Below, in pieces: positions 61,831 through 64,000 of a DNA stretch of 64,000 nt (position 1 is its first letter; every line of letters starts with the position of its first letter). The position numbers were made by a program, and so were the translations under genes. Source of the stretch: Sandaracinaceae bacterium. GTDB taxonomy: Bacteria > Myxococcota_A > Polyangia > Polyangiales > Sandaracinaceae. Below the pieces are notes generated by a model. It worked only from the letters and a program-made list of their open reading frames with translations, had not been told where the DNA came from and did no database searches. The DNA lies in the NCBI GenBank assembly GCA_045106715.1, contig JBGCFC010000009.1:1-64000 (forward strand), in the 5' to 3' direction.

Positions 61831-63780
61831 ATGCGTCGGATGTTCGCGCCGCTGTTGCTGCTCGCCTTGCTGACCGCGCCCGCCGAGGCGCAGGACCGCC
61901 GGCTCGTGGAGATTCAGTTCACGCCGACCGGCGGCGCGCAGCTCGCGCTCTGGGTCGAGTCGGCGGACGGAGCCCGCTTCGAGACGCTGCGGCTCACCGA
62001 GTCGGTGGCGTATCGCGGCATCGGGAACCGCCCCGGGGCGTCGACCATGAACAGCGGCTTCCGCTGGCCGTACGGGCGCCGCGAGGGGGTGCTCCCCGTC
62101 TGGGCACACCGGCGAGTGGCAGCCGGAGGGGCGCCGTTTCAGCGGGTGATCTTCCAGGACCGCGTCGAGGGCCACGCGTCGCGGAGGACGGCCGACCACT
62201 CGCTCGACGATCACTTCTGTCTGTCGTTCCAACGCGAGCTTTCCGGTCGTGAGGCGCTCGACGCGGTGAGCTGCGCGAGCCCGTTCAACTCGGACAAGGG
62301 GCGCTACCTGAGCGAGGCGGACGCGTCCGCCGGGTACAGCGAGCCCTTCCAAGAGGGCTCCGACGCGCGCATGCAAGCGATGGGCGCGACGTCGCTCTAC
62401 CCGCCCCGCCGAGACCTCGGGCGCTGCGCGCTCGGCGGGGTCTGCCACGATCACGCCGACGTCGAATCGTTCCGCGACGACGCGCTCGCCGCGATGCCCG
62501 AGCTCGATGCGGTCACCATGGCGACGCCGCCCGCCGACGTCGGACAGAGCATCGTGTTCGAGGTGCCCGAGGCATGGCCGAGCGGCGACTACGTGGCCTA
62601 CCTCGAGGTCGCGGTGGAGGGTGACTACAACGGGGCGTTCGGGCCCGACGCGTATCCCACGCCGATGAACCCCTCCGGCCAGTGGGACTTCTGGGCCATG
62701 AACTACGGCTACCCGTTCCGCGGGCAGCCCTCGGTCGTGTACGCGGTGCCGTTCCGGGTTGGAGGTGTGGCGAGCTACACGGTCGCGACGCCGCGCGGCC
62801 ACGGGTCGCTCTCCGGGACGGGCGAGGACGGTGGGCGCATCCACCCGCTCGAGGGTGGAGCCATCACCGACGACCCGGAGGCGGCCCCCGGGAGCGGCGC
62901 TGACCGGCTGCGGTTCGCCGGCGCGGAACATCGCGTGCGGGTGGTCACCGTGGGGGGCGAGACGAGCACCGACCCGGATCCGGTGGTGCCCGAGTGCGAC
63001 CCTCTCGACCCGGGCCCGGAGTGTTGTGAAGAGGGGGACCCGGACTGCGAGCCGGACCCCGACCCAGACCCCGATCCGGATCCCGATCCGGACCCCGACC
63101 CTGTGGAGCCGCCATCGTGCGAGGGCGCAATCATCTGCCAGTGCCGAGAGGGGAACGCGCCGCCCGCCGCCGTGACCGGGCTCGAGGCGCTGCCGCATCC
63201 GGACCCGCAGCGAGGGCACCAGTGGGGTGAGCTGAGCTTCGTCGTCCCGGCTGACGACGGGGGGGAGATCGCGCGCTACGAGGTGCGCATCGGCACGTCG
63301 CCCATCGAGACCGAGGAGGACTTCCTCCGCGCGGTGCCGGCCAAGGAAGCGGCGGTGGACTCCATCGAGCTGGTCGTGCCGACGGGGGGGGCCGCCGGCA
63401 CCGAGGTCGACGTGCAGGTCGGCGGCTTGAGCCCGCAGACGCGCTACTACATCGGCATCCGCGCGCGCGATGCGTGCGACGACCCCGGGCCGCTTTCGGT
63501 AGTGGAGCTCGAGACGACCGCGGTGGTCTTCACGACCGTCTCGCCCTGTTTTGTCGCGACAGCGGCCTACGGGACGCCCATGGCCATGGAGATCCGCGCG
63601 CTTCGGCGCTTTCGGGACCGGCACCTCCAGAGCAACGCGCTCGGCCGCGCCCTGGTCGCGACGTACTACGCGGTCGGCCCGACGGCCGCCGACTTCATCG
63701 CCGAGGACGAGGGCCGCCGCGCCGCGGTACGCACCGTGCTGACGCCCCTCGTGACCATGGCGCGCTGGCTCGCTCTTTGA
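61831..63780 (+). CDS. Secreted protein with (PD)n linker, FN3-like domain and a C-terminal CFVATAAYG...RFRDRHL motif
   Basis: The signal peptide is MRRMFAPLLLLALLTAPAEAQ. The PD linker is EPDPDPDPDPDPDPDPVEPP. The FN3-like segment is ...LSFVVPADDGGEIARYEVRIGTSP.... The conserved-looking C-terminal block is SPCFVATAAYGTPMAMEIRALRRFRDRHLQSNALGRALVATYY. Confidence 0.65.
   Translation: MRRMFAPLLLLALLTAPAEAQDRRLVEIQFTPTGGAQLALWVESADGARFETLRLTESVAYRGIGNRPGASTMNSGFRWPYGRREGVLPVWAHRRVAAGGAPFQRVIFQDRVEGHASRRTADHSLDDHFCLSFQRELSGREALDAVSCASPFNSDKGRYLSEADASAGYSEPFQEGSDARMQAMGATSLYPPRRDLGRCALGGVCHDHADVESFRDDALAAMPELDAVTMATPPADVGQSIVFEVPEAWPSGDYVAYLEVAVEGDYNGAFGPDAYPTPMNPSGQWDFWAMNYGYPFRGQPSVVYAVPFRVGGVASYTVATPRGHGSLSGTGEDGGRIHPLEGGAITDDPEAAPGSGADRLRFAGAEHRVRVVTVGGETSTDPDPVVPECDPLDPGPECCEEGDPDCEPDPDPDPDPDPDPDPDPVEPPSCEGAIICQCREGNAPPAAVTGLEALPHPDPQRGHQWGELSFVVPADDGGEIARYEVRIGTSPIETEEDFLRAVPAKEAAVDSIELVVPTGGAAGTEVDVQVGGLSPQTRYYIGIRARDACDDPGPLSVVELETTAVVFTTVSPCFVATAAYGTPMAMEIRALRRFRDRHLQSNALGRALVATYYAVGPTAADFIAEDEGRRAAVRTVLTPLVTMARWLAL
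63052..63102. repeat. Imperfect (GAY CCN)n microsatellite encoding a (Pro-Asp)8 linker
   Basis: The repeat is visible in the sequence. Confidence 0.6.
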
Positions 63781-63826
63781 GCGCCGTTTGAGTCGGTGAG
63801 CGCGGCCCCAGGGCTAGCGTCCGTGC

Positions 63827-64000
63827 ATGCCTCACGTGCGTGCTCGAGCCCTCCTTTCGTTCCTCCTCTTGGTGCTCGCTGCGTGCGACACGGACCCCCC
63901 GATGGCCGATGCCGCCGTGGATGCGTCGTCGCCTGACGCGGGGCCCGAGCAGTACGTTCTGGACGTCCAGTGGGAGACGTGTCCGCTGTTCACCGAGGGC
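63827..64000 (+). CDS. Lipoprotein, 3'-partial (runs off the window)
   Basis: ATG at 63827. The N-terminus MPHVRARALLSFLLLVLAACDTD has a lipobox, and the frame stays open to the window end. Confidence 0.4.
   Translation, partial: MPHVRARALLSFLLLVLAACDTDPPMADAAVDASSPDAGPEQYVLDVQWETCPLFTEG

Overview
This is a 64-kb, roughly 70 % GC window that is almost entirely coding. High-GC antisense and frameshift artefact ORFs were rejected. The content indicates a myxobacterial (Myxococcota) chromosome: many lipobox lipoproteins, MopE-like Cys/Asp repeat proteins, TSP3 calcium-binding repeats and a MYXO-CTERM tail. I called about 38 protein genes and found no rRNA, tRNA, CRISPR array or IS/transposase.

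The stand-out system is an 8- to 17-kb minus-strand operon (13486..30344). It encodes a MoxR-like AAA+ ATPase, a DUF5682-like/VWA fusion, a SWIM zinc-finger protein, a WGR+DUF4132 (MolR-like) protein, and two tandemly duplicated ~1570-aa proteins with no recognisable domains. Start and stop codons at the 3' junctions overlap (ATGA/GTGA). The layout mirrors the functionally uncharacterised E. coli molR/yehI–yehLMPQ neighbourhood and Aravind-type MoxR–vWA ternary systems, but in an expanded, duplicated form.

Other notable items:
- a bacterial major vault protein (MVP) homolog
- a radical SAM/SPASM gene with neighbouring Cys-rich small ORFs
- an active/inactive pair of TPR + transglutaminase-like secreted proteins
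- a formaldehyde detox pair (frmA, fghA) next to a UbiA-family prenyltransferase
- ftsK
- an FHA-domain operon

Three genes (two MopE-repeat lipoproteins and the radical SAM gene) carry single-nucleotide frameshifts in simple GC runs, which could be pseudogenes or sequencing errors.

All coordinates and domain calls come from reading the sequence and the six-frame translations. No database search was run.
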